From positions 96,001-160,000 of the IMG/VR virus record IMGVR_UViG_3300044729_003129: a stretch of 64,000 nt of DNA; one strand, 5' to 3'. Under the pieces are notes generated by a model that saw only the letters and a program-made list of their open reading frames with translations, was not told the origin of the DNA and searched no databases. The position numbers and the translations under genes were made by a program. Below are positions 37,801 to 47,170 of the stretch, piece by piece (the first letter of the stretch is position 1; each line of letters opens with the position of its first letter). The stretch comes from a virus.

Positions 37801-40654
37801 CAATGTCTCGCATTGTATATCGACGATTGTCGATATAATTTTTTACAATTTCAGACACATTTGGCGTGTATGCTGGAACGTTCAATGAATAGAGTGTCAT
37901 TGAATTTTTTGGCGCTCCAGGCTCAACTGGAGTTAGAGATGGAATGCCTTGAATAATCGCAAACTCATTTCTAGAATTTACTGTAACCTTATCAATACGT
38001 GGTAAATAAAATGTAGCTGCGCAAGTTATAGGGGTATTTGGATCAATAATGGCTTTTCCAATATTTGATACAACGCTTCCAACAACACCTGAATTTACAG
38101 TATAGAGTATGTCTTGTCTAAAGTCTAGCACATCAGAAAGTTTAATCCCAGAGTATGTTGGTATATTATCATATGGGGTGCCAACGCTGTTGTTATTTGA
38201 ACTATAAGAGTCAACATTATACATCACGAGATCACGACCAGAGACTCCGCCAAGACGGTCATAATATTCATATGTAATATCAATATTAGCATTTAATTGG
38301 CCAGAACCAATATATTGGATGCGTCCATTTGTATAGATGTTATCGCGTTGGCCGTCATCAATTAGTTTAAATGATGAGGTAATATTTTTACGAGGTGTGT
38401 CAGCAGAAAACACACTTACTAGTCGGATAATATCGGTATTTTTAAGAGTGTATATGCGAGACGCACCTCCAGACGCTGGTGTAACGCCACTGTCTGTAGT
38501 AGATGCCACACTCTTTGTAACTCGCGCTGCGGTACTGGCATTTACGACCTTAACTTTTGCAAGCGCACTATAAACTGCGCCTGATGACCAGTTGCTATTG
38601 CGCGGTACTATTGTAATAGTTTTTGCATTCGATGATATCGTTGCAGTATATTCACTTTGTGTTTTAGCGGTTCCATTAACTATTAATGTAATATCACTTG
38701 TGTCAGTAAATATTTTATTATCACCAACATTAAGAGTTATATATGTATTTGGTGCAGTATCTCCGCTAAAAGTTTGTTGAACATAATATGATATATTTTG
38801 AAGAGTCTTTGTTTGTGCATATGGAAGTTCAAACAAGTTTGTACTTGATGTTGTTTCTTGTAAATTTCCACCAGTTACATTAAACAAAAATTCATTTCCA
38901 TAAATTTGATCAATGTTATCAAATCGACGTGCATTCCAATTAGCAGTTTGTGCTGTAGAATTAAACTTTACATCATATACATAACATTTAAATTCTGTAG
39001 ATGACGCGCCAGTTGGTTCAAACGCCTTTATGCGACAAGTGCCAATAAGGACTACATTATCACCTTCTGCTGGAGGTGCTGTAGTTGATAATGTCGTGTT
39101 GTACGCATACAGGTTATATGTATTTGTAATTGTTGAAATCGATGGAAAGGTAGAATTATTCCCATTGTCAGTGCCGGCACGTTGTATATCACCAATAAAA
39201 TAGTTGCCTATATTTGCACTCACACTGACATTAAACTCTCCAGTCTCAAGAGCCTTTGGAGAGGTTAAGTTTAAACTTTTATCAAGTGCTACTCGGTACC
39301 CATCAACATAAGCAATAGATGGATCGAGAGTAACAGTAAATTTACCTCGTGCATCTTCAATTGCTGCCTTTTGCTGAGCGACAGTTTCAAATGTATATCC
39401 TATTTGATCTAGATCATCTGCCTTGTATGCACCATGTATATATGCAACCTCACTAACGCGGCCGCCATTGGTTTCATTTACTAATGCAGTGCCTGATGTT
39501 CCGTCTCCTGGTGGTAAAACTGCTACAAATTCAGAACCTACAATTGCAGGCGAAGCTGCGCCGAGAGCAACCCAATCAGTAAGAGGAGCAGTAGTGCTAC
39601 CAAGATCTTGAATGCGATAGCGCCGCCCAACTACAATACAATTTGCTGGTAAATTATCGCCATCAAATGTCTCACGTATTTGTATAGAAAATGGATTTAC
39701 TGTATAGTTACCAGACTCTTCGCTTGTACGCTTTGCAAGTATATCAACAATTTCCGAGTATTCTGCAGTTTCAACAACTTCTAATGGACGCGAAGAATTT
39801 ATTACAAGCAGTTTTATATATGAATTTGATACATCTGCTGCATACACAGTTGATGTGATCCATTGCAATGTTAAGTCTATTGAATAGCGATCGGCGCCTG
39901 GAGCACTATAGTTTGGAGTGCCATTTGCATTATCAAGTAATGTATTATCGCTTGAATAGGTGACAATATTTTCATCAATCTTTAATACTGCATAACCAGA
40001 AAGAAGTGTTTCTTCAGACGCCTTATCAATGAAAACCGTTTGACGTGGAACTGCTACAAATGATCCCTTTGTAAAAAATACACCTTCTTCACAAACAATT
40101 CCAGACGCAAACCCAATAGAAATATAAGTTAGATTTGATACTGATGGCAACTCATTTTCAGTTAAATTTAAATCTGAAGAACGCAATATTAGACTATAAC
40201 CAGCGAGTGTGTCATCATCAAATTCAGTTTCGCCGGCATTTCCCGTATTGATGTATGTAAAATAAAACCTATAGATGTTTGCCTCTATTTGTCTATAACC
40301 AAGTATTTCACCACGAAGACCTGAAGCATATTCAATAGTTTTTGCAGTCTCAGCAATTTGAGCGACAGTAAATGCAGTTTCGGCAACAGATGAAACTGCA
40401 GTTGATAGGTTTAATGTAAGTGAGCGTACACTGGGCAAAAAAGAAGTCTTGCCGCCAATTACTGCAGTATCATTTTTCCAAACACTGCTGCCAAGGCGAT
40501 TAACTTGATCTTGCAGTGCAGACTGCAACTGATTAAGTTCTCTTACCTGTACACTATAACCAGGTTTAAATAATACGCGAAGATAATTTTTATCGCCATT
40601 TCCAGACGCATTATAATCATCATGATATGTAGTGTTGTACGTTGTAACAGACAT
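34823..40654 (-). CDS. Large baseplate/virion structural protein (DUF4815, VrlC-like)
   Basis: YHDDY..KNYLRVLFKPGYSVQVRELNQLQS, APGADRY, AKRTSEESGNY, NRRYTMRDIG.LEKRI..EYYTSLSLLE, RFKNGILVDNF and DPLAQSF. Confidence 0.9.
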   Translation of the reverse strand: MSVTTYNTTYHDDYNASGNGDKNYLRVLFKPGYSVQVRELNQLQSALQDQVNRLGSSVWKNDTAVIGGKTSFLPSVRSLTLNLSTAVSSVAETAFTVAQIAETAKTIEYASGLRGEILGYRQIEANIYRFYFTYINTGNAGETEFDDDTLAGYSLILRSSDLNLTENELPSVSNLTYISIGFASGIVCEEGVFFTKGSFVAVPRQTVFIDKASEETLLSGYAVLKIDENIVTYSSDNTLLDNANGTPNYSAPGADRYSIDLTLQWITSTVYAADVSNSYIKLLVINSSRPLEVVETAEYSEIVDILAKRTSEESGNYTVNPFSIQIRETFDGDNLPANCIVVGRRYRIQDLGSTTAPLTDWVALGAASPAIVGSEFVAVLPPGDGTSGTALVNETNGGRVSEVAYIHGAYKADDLDQIGYTFETVAQQKAAIEDARGKFTVTLDPSIAYVDGYRVALDKSLNLTSPKALETGEFNVSVSANIGNYFIGDIQRAGTDNGNNSTFPSISTITNTYNLYAYNTTLSTTAPPAEGDNVVLIGTCRIKAFEPTGASSTEFKCYVYDVKFNSTAQTANWNARRFDNIDQIYGNEFLFNVTGGNLQETTSSTNLFELPYAQTKTLQNISYYVQQTFSGDTAPNTYITLNVGDNKIFTDTSDITLIVNGTAKTQSEYTATISSNAKTITIVPRNSNWSSGAVYSALAKVKVVNASTAARVTKSVASTTDSGVTPASGGASRIYTLKNTDIIRLVSVFSADTPRKNITSSFKLIDDGQRDNIYTNGRIQYIGSGQLNANIDITYEYYDRLGGVSGRDLVMYNVDSYSSNNNSVGTPYDNIPTYSGIKLSDVLDFRQDILYTVNSGVVGSVVSNIGKAIIDPNTPITCAATFYLPRIDKVTVNSRNEFAIIQGIPSLTPVEPGAPKNSMTLYSLNVPAYTPNVSEIVKNYIDNRRYTMRDIGALEKRIGNIEYYTSLSLLERSANDKPIFDDAGERFKNGILVDNFIGHGVGDVFDPQYQCAVDRDAGLLRPRYNTHNIDLAIDSPLTTTTTVTNTTSGSITRTTLADNGKIRVHDSIITLSYDEVELVSHLKATAHISVHPHIYAKINGNIRLSPAADNWKDTITRPDLIVTDDSAFDAIKFIAEDPALDILGTDWNNWTRQWGASSTTTTRGAFIRGRGIPTTTTTQRAYTDTRTGTNTTLGFSFVPKSLGESVVDTSIIPFIRSRIVYFHATGLKASTRVYPFFEDRDISAYTNQILNNDSTKFIIPTTVNDNTTRRFDGILSNQLPSPESGYSAYGATLTTDTSGELYGSFIIPNNSSIRFRTGDRTFKLTDDPRNASSETTYALSKYTASGILETVQETILSTKTPQFTVTPISETVSGTVVTSTTTYRDPLAQSFIISSEDYPTGAFITSVDLYFAQKALFQPVEIYIVTMENGAPTRTIVPYSRTFCRPSEVQISANGSLPTNFRFSDPVFLKSDEEYAVVVSSNDGDYRCWYAILGEADVITGKRIEKQEYLGTFFTSANAFTWTPQQEQDLKFRINRAQFFNPATTTIKSGDINFRTQLHTGVETIEIVDGGSGYGLPPTITFDPSRGTRAEAVIDPFTGSISRVIIHDRGAGYNNAPTVIVTKNTADSNTPVVPNLVAKLAEIPVSIFNLRQPNLAFNNSAISHRIQFGNESPERIEANSDNYIPSSYGNLSSHILTSRNQNVPFGPRAVLTSNLMSVDSAISPVIDVDGSSLLTIANIINDDSTDEGYTVYESSTSTGGSTTTLIKGTATWTTNAFVGKTLKITSGTLSGKEFTITANNATTLTFSPTAASEVGSGVTYSIVSPLENGSATARYITRKVNLNSPSDRLNIYLSTNRPTFETDIKVYVKLGFDTTTTDDQLVWTELTPTNPIPINTNIDIYSETEYVIDPGDDFVSFQVKVILMSNNIFDIPTIRDFRAIATV

Positions 40655-42033
40655 TAGAATTGAATAATAATCTTGATTTCTTCAGTTTGAGCACTTTGAC
40701 GATTTATTTTTTTGCGATTTTCAGCAAATATAACTTCGCCACTACGTGGTGTATACTCATTGTTATTTACTGTTAAATAATTTATAGTGTTATTATTAGG
40801 TGCTGTAAATGAACCAGTTGATGGTACCACACCATATCCAGTAGTTGAGTTTTGGTGAAAATAAACACGATGTTGGGTGCTTCCACCAACAGAAACAGTA
40901 GAATAGTTATCAAAATACGCCTTTATTCCAGTCGTACCAAAGGTTATTAAACTACCAACTGCAGGAGTACTTGTTGGAGCAGACGCTAATGTTAGGTAAC
41001 GAAGCGCGGCTAGTGTATCAATTGATGAACCTTCAGAATATTCTATATCTTTTAATACCGATATTTGACGATATGGTATATACAACCCATCATCCGAAAT
41101 TGTATCAACTGCGTCTACCGCGATTCCAACATACCACGATGGTAAAGTTGCTGATGGTTTGTATGCAAATCCACCGGCAGGAGCAATATGTGGAACTATA
41201 ACTGCTCCAGATCCAGTTTCAGCTGGATCAAAAATAAAATATCCATCAACTATACCTTTTGAAGACTCCGCGATATAAGAATAGTCAGCAGGCAATAGCA
41301 CACTTTCAATCGCCCCAGTAGTAGAATTTATATTTACTGGGCATGTTATTGTAATTTCGGTGTCATTGATTTTTCGCGCAACAAACTGAACAGAATTTGT
41401 AGATGTATATCCACTGCCTCCAGAAGTTATTGTAAACCCGTATAATAACCCTCCACCATCATTTTCAATTGCTGCTGAAATTGAATCAGCAGCAACTCCA
41501 GAAGAAATGCTAATAAATTGATCAGTATTGATATTTGCAGTTGCAGTAACTACATTATCAACAAGTATCCATATATAACCATCACTGCCATAACTAAGGG
41601 CACGATAGTCAGTGGACACTGGAATGTTGGCAACTGCTCCGTCACCAGCCTTTAAGCATAGGTAAATTCGTCCACTTATAACTGCATAGCATGGATTAAC
41701 TTCTCCTCCACCAACAAGTGTACTAGGATAAAAACAATCGGGATCAGCTGGACTGTATGCCTTATAGCGAGCGCCAGCTTTCCATTTTATTTGTGGAATT
41801 ACCAGTCCGCTATTAACCGCATTAATCTTAATTAATGTAGTTAAATTTGATTTTATATCAGAGTCATCTGAAGGAATTCCAAGAGGAATAGGTATAACTA
41901 AACTTGTTGACTCCTCGTCGGTCGCCCATTGTTCAGATTTACCAAGCCCAAGATAATATGTACTGTCTGCAATATTGTCTAGAAAAAATTGAGCGTTGTT
42001 TCTACGAAAAGAGTCTGTTACGATTGCTGCCAT
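40654..42033 (-). CDS. gp8: Baseplate wedge subunit
   Basis: MAAIVTDSFRRNNA, YLGLGK..W, DGYIW, YRQIS and SGEVIFAENR..I.R...QTEEIKIIIQF. Confidence 0.9.
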   Translation of the reverse strand: MAAIVTDSFRRNNAQFFLDNIADSTYYLGLGKSEQWATDEESTSLVIPIPLGIPSDDSDIKSNLTTLIKINAVNSGLVIPQIKWKAGARYKAYSPADPDCFYPSTLVGGGEVNPCYAVISGRIYLCLKAGDGAVANIPVSTDYRALSYGSDGYIWILVDNVVTATANINTDQFISISSGVAADSISAAIENDGGGLLYGFTITSGGSGYTSTNSVQFVARKINDTEITITCPVNINSTTGAIESVLLPADYSYIAESSKGIVDGYFIFDPAETGSGAVIVPHIAPAGGFAYKPSATLPSWYVGIAVDAVDTISDDGLYIPYRQISVLKDIEYSEGSSIDTLAALRYLTLASAPTSTPAVGSLITFGTTGIKAYFDNYSTVSVGGSTQHRVYFHQNSTTGYGVVPSTGSFTAPNNNTINYLTVNNNEYTPRSGEVIFAENRKKINRQSAQTEEIKIIIQF

Positions 42034-42068
42034 ATATATTTTTATTTAATGTATTTATATAGAAATTT

Positions 42069-43802
42069 TTAATTACCAAAAACCGTAGCGCATATTAATG
42101 GCCAATCAATCTTTGCATCAGTATCTTGTCCAGTGTACAAAGTAAAAGAGTCTTGTAAAAATGTATGTGGTGATGGTCCTTGCCATATATCGTCTATTGT
42201 TGTACCAACTCCAGAAGCAACTACACAATAATTACTATCAATCATAGGAGTAGAAAAATAAAGTTTGTATTGTCCAATTGCGCTCTTATTTATATATGAA
42301 ATATTATATGATGATCTAATCATACTTGATGATACATATGCCTTGTATGCTATTGCTGTTTCAGCAATAGCTGTATTGGCAGCAGTAATTATAGTAAATC
42401 GATTATTATCTAATCGTGTTATCTCATAATATCCAACAACAACACCGGTTGATGCATATATAGATTCCCCATTGCGAAGACCATGATTTACACTTTGAAT
42501 TGTTGCAATATTCGAACCGGTTGGTCGAGATACTGTATGTTGAGTGTATGTTATTGGCATATTAGTTATGACAGTAGTATTTGCTGCTACAGTAATATCA
42601 AATGTATGTTGTTGAGGATTACGAACAGTGTATATTCCAGCAGCTAAACCACTAATAGCAGTAATACTAATTTTATGATCGGCAGGCAAACCATGATTTA
42701 CGCTTCGTATTGTAGCTGTAGTATTTTGGCCGACTGTTCCAGATTTTGTAACCGTGTGAACCGCGTATGATATTGCAACATTACTTAACGCGGTGGCAGC
42801 AATCGTAGAAATATTAAATGTATCTGGTCCGGTAACTTGGATTGGATATGGTCCAATGGCAACTCCAGTCGACGCGTATATAGTATAACCATCTGGCAAA
42901 CCATGATTTGTACTTGTAATTATTGCAGTTGTTGAACCAACCCCGCGAAATACCGTGCCAGACCTAGTTGTTATTGCAGATTTATCAATCGATGCTGCTT
43001 CACTGCCATTAAAATTTATCCAGGCTTTTGCAGCAGGTGCAAAAGTTTTTAATGTATTTGGTGAAACATAATCTGTAGTATCACTCGCCTGTGATACTAT
43101 GCCAGAACCATTTGCTTTAAGTAAACCACTTGTAGTTCCAGCCCCTCCTTTATTCGCCGGTACAACGTCTAAAGAAATATTTCTAGAAGCACCCGTACCA
43201 GTAATACCAATTGGTGATTCAGCAGTAATATTACCTATTTTGACATTCAACTGCGATTGTATATTATCGGTAACGCCACTCAATCGACTAATTTCAGTTC
43301 CAGAAACAGATCCAATTGTTGTAGTTAAATTTGGTAAAAATACATTTCCAGTAAATGTAGGATTATGAAACATTGTAGCCTTGCTTTGATTGTCTACATT
43401 TTCTAATCCCACGTGAACCTTTGTGATTCCAGTTACTGTTCCAGTAAAGGTTGGATTTGCACGGTTTGCCTTAAGATCCAACTGTCCTTGAATACCACTA
43501 GTAACTCCACTTAGACGTCCTATTTCAGCACTATTAACTGGTCCTATAGAGGTTGTGGTTGGTAGCACCACATTTCCATCAAATGTAGGAGAATTAAGAT
43601 TTGCCTTTGTTGATAAGACAGTTACCATTATAGGTGGCACACTCGAAATCAAATTTGCTAGTTGATTTGCTGCATTAGACGCAGTAATCTTTCTATTTGT
43701 CCCTACAGGACTCATTGTTCGATCATCAACATCAATGATTTGAATGAGATCATTACTCGTAATAGTAGTTGCCGTATCTAGGTCTGTAATTTTAACTGGC
43801 AT
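42069..43802 (-). CDS. Tail fibre protein with three nested HGL domains
   Basis: KITDL N-terminal motif; KANxxxPTFTG shaft repeats; AKAWINFNG...IRSSYNI tip domain interrupted by three NHGL modules. Confidence 0.75.
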   Translation of the reverse strand: MPVKITDLDTATTITSNDLIQIIDVDDRTMSPVGTNRKITASNAANQLANLISSVPPIMVTVLSTKANLNSPTFDGNVVLPTTTSIGPVNSAEIGRLSGVTSGIQGQLDLKANRANPTFTGTVTGITKVHVGLENVDNQSKATMFHNPTFTGNVFLPNLTTTIGSVSGTEISRLSGVTDNIQSQLNVKIGNITAESPIGITGTGASRNISLDVVPANKGGAGTTSGLLKANGSGIVSQASDTTDYVSPNTLKTFAPAAKAWINFNGSEAASIDKSAITTRSGTVFRGVGSTTAIITSTNHGLPDGYTIYASTGVAIGPYPIQVTGPDTFNISTIAATALSNVAISYAVHTVTKSGTVGQNTTATIRSVNHGLPADHKISITAISGLAAGIYTVRNPQQHTFDITVAANTTVITNMPITYTQHTVSRPTGSNIATIQSVNHGLRNGESIYASTGVVVGYYEITRLDNNRFTIITAANTAIAETAIAYKAYVSSSMIRSSYNISYINKSAIGQYKLYFSTPMIDSNYCVVASGVGTTIDDIWQGPSPHTFLQDSFTLYTGQDTDAKIDWPLICATVFGN

Positions 43803-43814
43803 ATTTTATATTTA

Positions 43815-45230
43815 TTAGAATTTTATGCAATACAGCATTGCGATGTTTGCTGGGCGGGTTTCACCACCCGCTGTCCACCATCCGGCATTAACTCCATGTG
43901 TATATACATTGTGAGAGTGCGCCCCCGAAGCACTAGTTGTTCCAGTTTGAACCTGCGCTACTTTAGTTCCATCACTCCCTGCATCAACCTTATCATATCT
44001 TGGTTCAGTATATGTGTGAGTATGATTCCCTTGAACATCTGTATAACCATTGTGAGTGTGGTCTTGGAACATTTGACTTTGTTTTGCGCCAAATGCACCA
44101 GTTGTTGTACCATCACCATTAGTTCCCCAAGCACGAACGAAATACCCCCTCAAATCAGGTAGATTGAAAGTTGTACTATTATTTCCTGCGCCATATGTCG
44201 TGCCAATAGCTGCAAAAAGTGCTGGATAACCAGAAGCCCCTGCTCGGTCGACTGCCTGACCATTAGCCCATAGCCAACCTGCCGGTGCACTACCCATAGC
44301 AAAAGCCATAACTGCTCCCGCTGGAACAAAGCTAATTGTAGTGCCACCAACAGTAGTTGTACTTGGTAGTGCTACATTTCCAGAGAATATTGGGCTTGCA
44401 AGATTTGCTTTAAGGTTTAATGCAGTCGCAGTGTCTGTAGATATTGGTTTATTAAGATCACTTGTATTATCAACATTACCAAGTCCAACCATGCTCTTTG
44501 TAATGCCGCCTACTGTTCCAGAGAATGTTGGATTTAAAATATTTGCTTTAAGGTTTAATGCAGTCGCAGTGTCTGTAGATATTGGTTTATTAAGATCACT
44601 TGTATTATCAACATTACCTAGTCCAACTGCTGACTTTGATAGTCCACTTATAGCAGAAGAAAATTGGGTAAAGACTATTGGATCAGTGCCAACTACAGCG
44701 ACATCACTCGTTACAACCCATGAACTGCCTTTAAGAGTATTGCCACCATCTACAAGTACATAACCATCATTAATCTCTATTACCTCATTAAAGTCTGTGG
44801 CACGAAGTGGGGACCCTGTTGTCTGAACAACATAGATTCCATTTTGAGCAGGTGCGCTTTGATCTTTTAGGAGTACACGATTGCCAGATGCAAGGGTCAC
44901 TCCATCCATACTAGACGACGGAGTTATGTTTGATAGTGTAAAATTGATTCCAGGAGATGCAGCAACAACTGGAATTGCAATTTTTAAACCGGCACTATTA
45001 AAGTTTTCAAGTGATACTTTGCTGTCTAGTTCATCTTGTATAACTTGTGGTATGGTTGTCGACAGTCGAGAGAGTCCATTTGCAAGTGTGCTTGCTTTAA
45101 TTTTACGATTTGTACCAGTTGGATATGTTGACGAAGTCTGCTCAATATTAATTATTTGTAAGAGGTCATTTGACGTTACATCTGTGTCAGCTGTTAGTTC
45201 GCTTAACTGTGAAATTTTTATGGTAGCCAT
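43815..45230 (-). CDS. Short-tail-fibre-like protein with tail collar and HxH metal-binding tip
   Basis: KISQL N-terminus; VPAGAVMAFA..GWL.ANGQ..YPALFAAIG..FNLPDLRG collar; DHTH, NHTH and AHSH motifs; ETRPANIAMLYCIK end. Confidence 0.85.
   Translation of the reverse strand: MATIKISQLSELTADTDVTSNDLLQIINIEQTSSTYPTGTNRKIKASTLANGLSRLSTTIPQVIQDELDSKVSLENFNSAGLKIAIPVVAASPGINFTLSNITPSSSMDGVTLASGNRVLLKDQSAPAQNGIYVVQTTGSPLRATDFNEVIEINDGYVLVDGGNTLKGSSWVVTSDVAVVGTDPIVFTQFSSAISGLSKSAVGLGNVDNTSDLNKPISTDTATALNLKANILNPTFSGTVGGITKSMVGLGNVDNTSDLNKPISTDTATALNLKANLASPIFSGNVALPSTTTVGGTTISFVPAGAVMAFAMGSAPAGWLWANGQAVDRAGASGYPALFAAIGTTYGAGNNSTTFNLPDLRGYFVRAWGTNGDGTTTGAFGAKQSQMFQDHTHNGYTDVQGNHTHTYTEPRYDKVDAGSDGTKVAQVQTGTTSASGAHSHNVYTHGVNAGWWTAGGETRPANIAMLYCIKF
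44403..44627. repeat. Near-perfect direct repeat of about 87 bp at 138-bp spacing within a fibre gene
   Basis: ATTTGCTTTAAGG...CAACATTACC is identical at 44403-44480 and 44541-44618; encodes GNVDNTSDLNKPISTDTATALNLKAN twice. Confidence 0.92.
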
Positions 45231-45236
45231 ATACGA

Positions 45237-45244
45237 TATTTATA
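45237..45244 (-). promoter_or_regulatory. Late promoter TATAAATA (collar fibre)
   Basis: 6 nt from ATG 45230. Confidence 0.8.
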
Positions 45245-45249
45245 TAGAA

Positions 45250-46128
45250 TTATATTATGTTGCGAACAACTCGGAAACCGGTCGCGTTTGAAGATCCTGG
45301 TTGACCGCCACCATTTCTAAGTGCTACTCCTACATCTGTCGTGTTTGTCGAAGCCCAACTACCGCCTCGAACTACTCTGCTGTTAAAGTTTATACCTGAA
45401 GTTGGTCCACGTGGATTAGTCAGATCGGTTGGGTTATAACTTTCTGCATAATAATCCCAACACAACTCACTAATATTACCTGCCATATCATATAATCCAT
45501 AGCTGTTTGGTGGAAAGGTTCCTACTGCAGTAGTATTCGGCCGATCTGCCCCGCCTTGCCCGGTAAAATTCATATAATTTGCTTCAACTTGTGTAATAGT
45601 ATCACCTAACGGATATCTTTTTCCGTTTAGTCCTCCTCTCGCTGCTTTTTCCCATTCAGCCTCAGTCGGAAGCCTGTAACCATTAGCATCCCATTTTACA
45701 TGCGTGCTAGGTAGATTTGTACTTCCAGTCTTGTAGACTGTTGTCTGAGCGATATCAGTGTAGTAAATTGGAATAAGTCCTTCCTTTTGACTACGTGCAT
45801 TACACCATTTTACAGCATCAAACCAAGTGACATAACCAATAGGGTGATTGCTAGCTGCGCCGAACCCCATAGATGGAGCCATCGGAATTTCTGAAGCTAA
45901 ATCTGTATATCCATTGGTTAATCCCCAAGTACGTACTTCATTCCATTCGCCCCTTGTCACTTCATATTTGCCCATATAGAAAGCATCCAAGGTCACTGTG
46001 CGAATTGGAGCATTCTGTGTGCCATCCAACGAGTCCCCCATCGTGAAGGCCCCCTGTGGAATGAAAGCCCATGCGTTTGATCCTCCATTACGTCGCCGAC
46101 GCTTTCTTTTAACTGCAGAAAATAACAT
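45250..46128 (-). CDS. FGE-sulfatase (C-type-lectin-fold) domain protein with a poly-basic N-terminal arm
   Basis: FTMGD, GKYEVT, YRLPTEAEWEKAARGG, NSYGLYDMAGNISE, RVVRGGSW and GFRVVR; N-terminus MLFSAVKRKRRRR. Confidence 0.9.
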   Translation of the reverse strand: MLFSAVKRKRRRRNGGSNAWAFIPQGAFTMGDSLDGTQNAPIRTVTLDAFYMGKYEVTRGEWNEVRTWGLTNGYTDLASEIPMAPSMGFGAASNHPIGYVTWFDAVKWCNARSQKEGLIPIYYTDIAQTTVYKTGSTNLPSTHVKWDANGYRLPTEAEWEKAARGGLNGKRYPLGDTITQVEANYMNFTGQGGADRPNTTAVGTFPPNSYGLYDMAGNISELCWDYYAESYNPTDLTNPRGPTSGINFNSRVVRGGSWASTNTTDVGVALRNGGGQPGSSNATGFRVVRNII

Positions 46129-46129
46129 A

Positions 46130-47164
46130 TCAAATAAAGTCCCAAGTATTGCTACTTATATTTTTTATTGCACACACTTCACCAGCAAGCACAGTTGCAG
46201 CATCATTATTATTAACTGTAACACCATTTGCTGCAGTTAGCGTCAATGAACCTGCTCCAGTGTTGCGTCTAAATGTAATTGTAGTTCCTACTGGAGCTGA
46301 CGTTAAAACGGGTAGTATAATAGTTATAGCACCCGCATTTGAAAGACGCACATATTTATTATAATGAGTGCTGCTAAGAGTCAGCGTAGATGTGGATATT
46401 TCTAATATGTTGTTATAACTATTAATTATTTCAGATTGCACAAAGGCTGTCGTAGCAATTTGTGTAGTATTTGTGCCAACGCTCGCTGTCGTTGATAGCG
46501 GAGTCCCTGTAAAGGTAGGACTGCTAAACATCGTGCCCTTGCTTTCATTTGTGACAGCGCCCAGTCCTACCATAGTTGCAGTTATACCAGCTACAGTTCC
46601 AGTAAATGTTGGACTTGCTAGGTTCGCCTTTAAGTTTAATGCTGTTTGTGTTGCAGTTGAAACAGGTTTGCTTGCATCACTCGTATTGTCAACATCGCTG
46701 AGCCCAACCATAGTGGCGGTAATACCAGACACCGTTCCAGTGAATGTAGGAGATTCACGAGGTGCTTTAGAGTTTAACTGTGTTTGAACGCTAGACGTTA
46801 TTCCACTGAGGTAACCTATTTCTGTACTAGTTAGACCGCCAAAAGTAAAACCATCAAGTTGAGATTGTATATTATCTCTCAATCCTGACAAAAAGCTTAT
46901 TTCAGTACCAGTCACACCGCCAATAGTCGTAGTGGCTGGCAGTGTGACATCGCCAGTAAATGTGGGGTTTGTTTGAATCTTGGCACTGCTCAATGCACCA
47001 TCAGAAAGTCCGTCAAACAATGAATCTGCAAGATCACCTATAGATATAATTGCATTACTGCCATTTTCTGACATAAGTGGGTTAGAGGCGTCAATAATTG
47101 GTACAGAATCATTTGCTGCCGCCGCAGTTACAACTTCTAATTGTGAAAATTTAATATCTGGCAT
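46130..47164 (-). CDS. Tail fibre protein with C-terminal adaptor-like domain
   Basis: KFSQL N-terminus, LKANLASPTFTG repeats, TNTTQIATTAFV and C-terminal ITIILP..GTTITF..GAGSLTL..NTW domain. Confidence 0.75.
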   Translation of the reverse strand: MPDIKFSQLEVVTAAAANDSVPIIDASNPLMSENGSNAIISIGDLADSLFDGLSDGALSSAKIQTNPTFTGDVTLPATTTIGGVTGTEISFLSGLRDNIQSQLDGFTFGGLTSTEIGYLSGITSSVQTQLNSKAPRESPTFTGTVSGITATMVGLSDVDNTSDASKPVSTATQTALNLKANLASPTFTGTVAGITATMVGLGAVTNESKGTMFSSPTFTGTPLSTTASVGTNTTQIATTAFVQSEIINSYNNILEISTSTLTLSSTHYNKYVRLSNAGAITIILPVLTSAPVGTTITFRRNTGAGSLTLTAANGVTVNNNDAATVLAGEVCAIKNISSNTWDFI

Positions 47165-47170
47165 ATCTAT

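Noticed and set aside
45250-45400. Complete DGR in the window
   Set aside because: No reverse transcriptase, avd gene or template repeat was found, and the intergenic gaps are too short to hold a TR.
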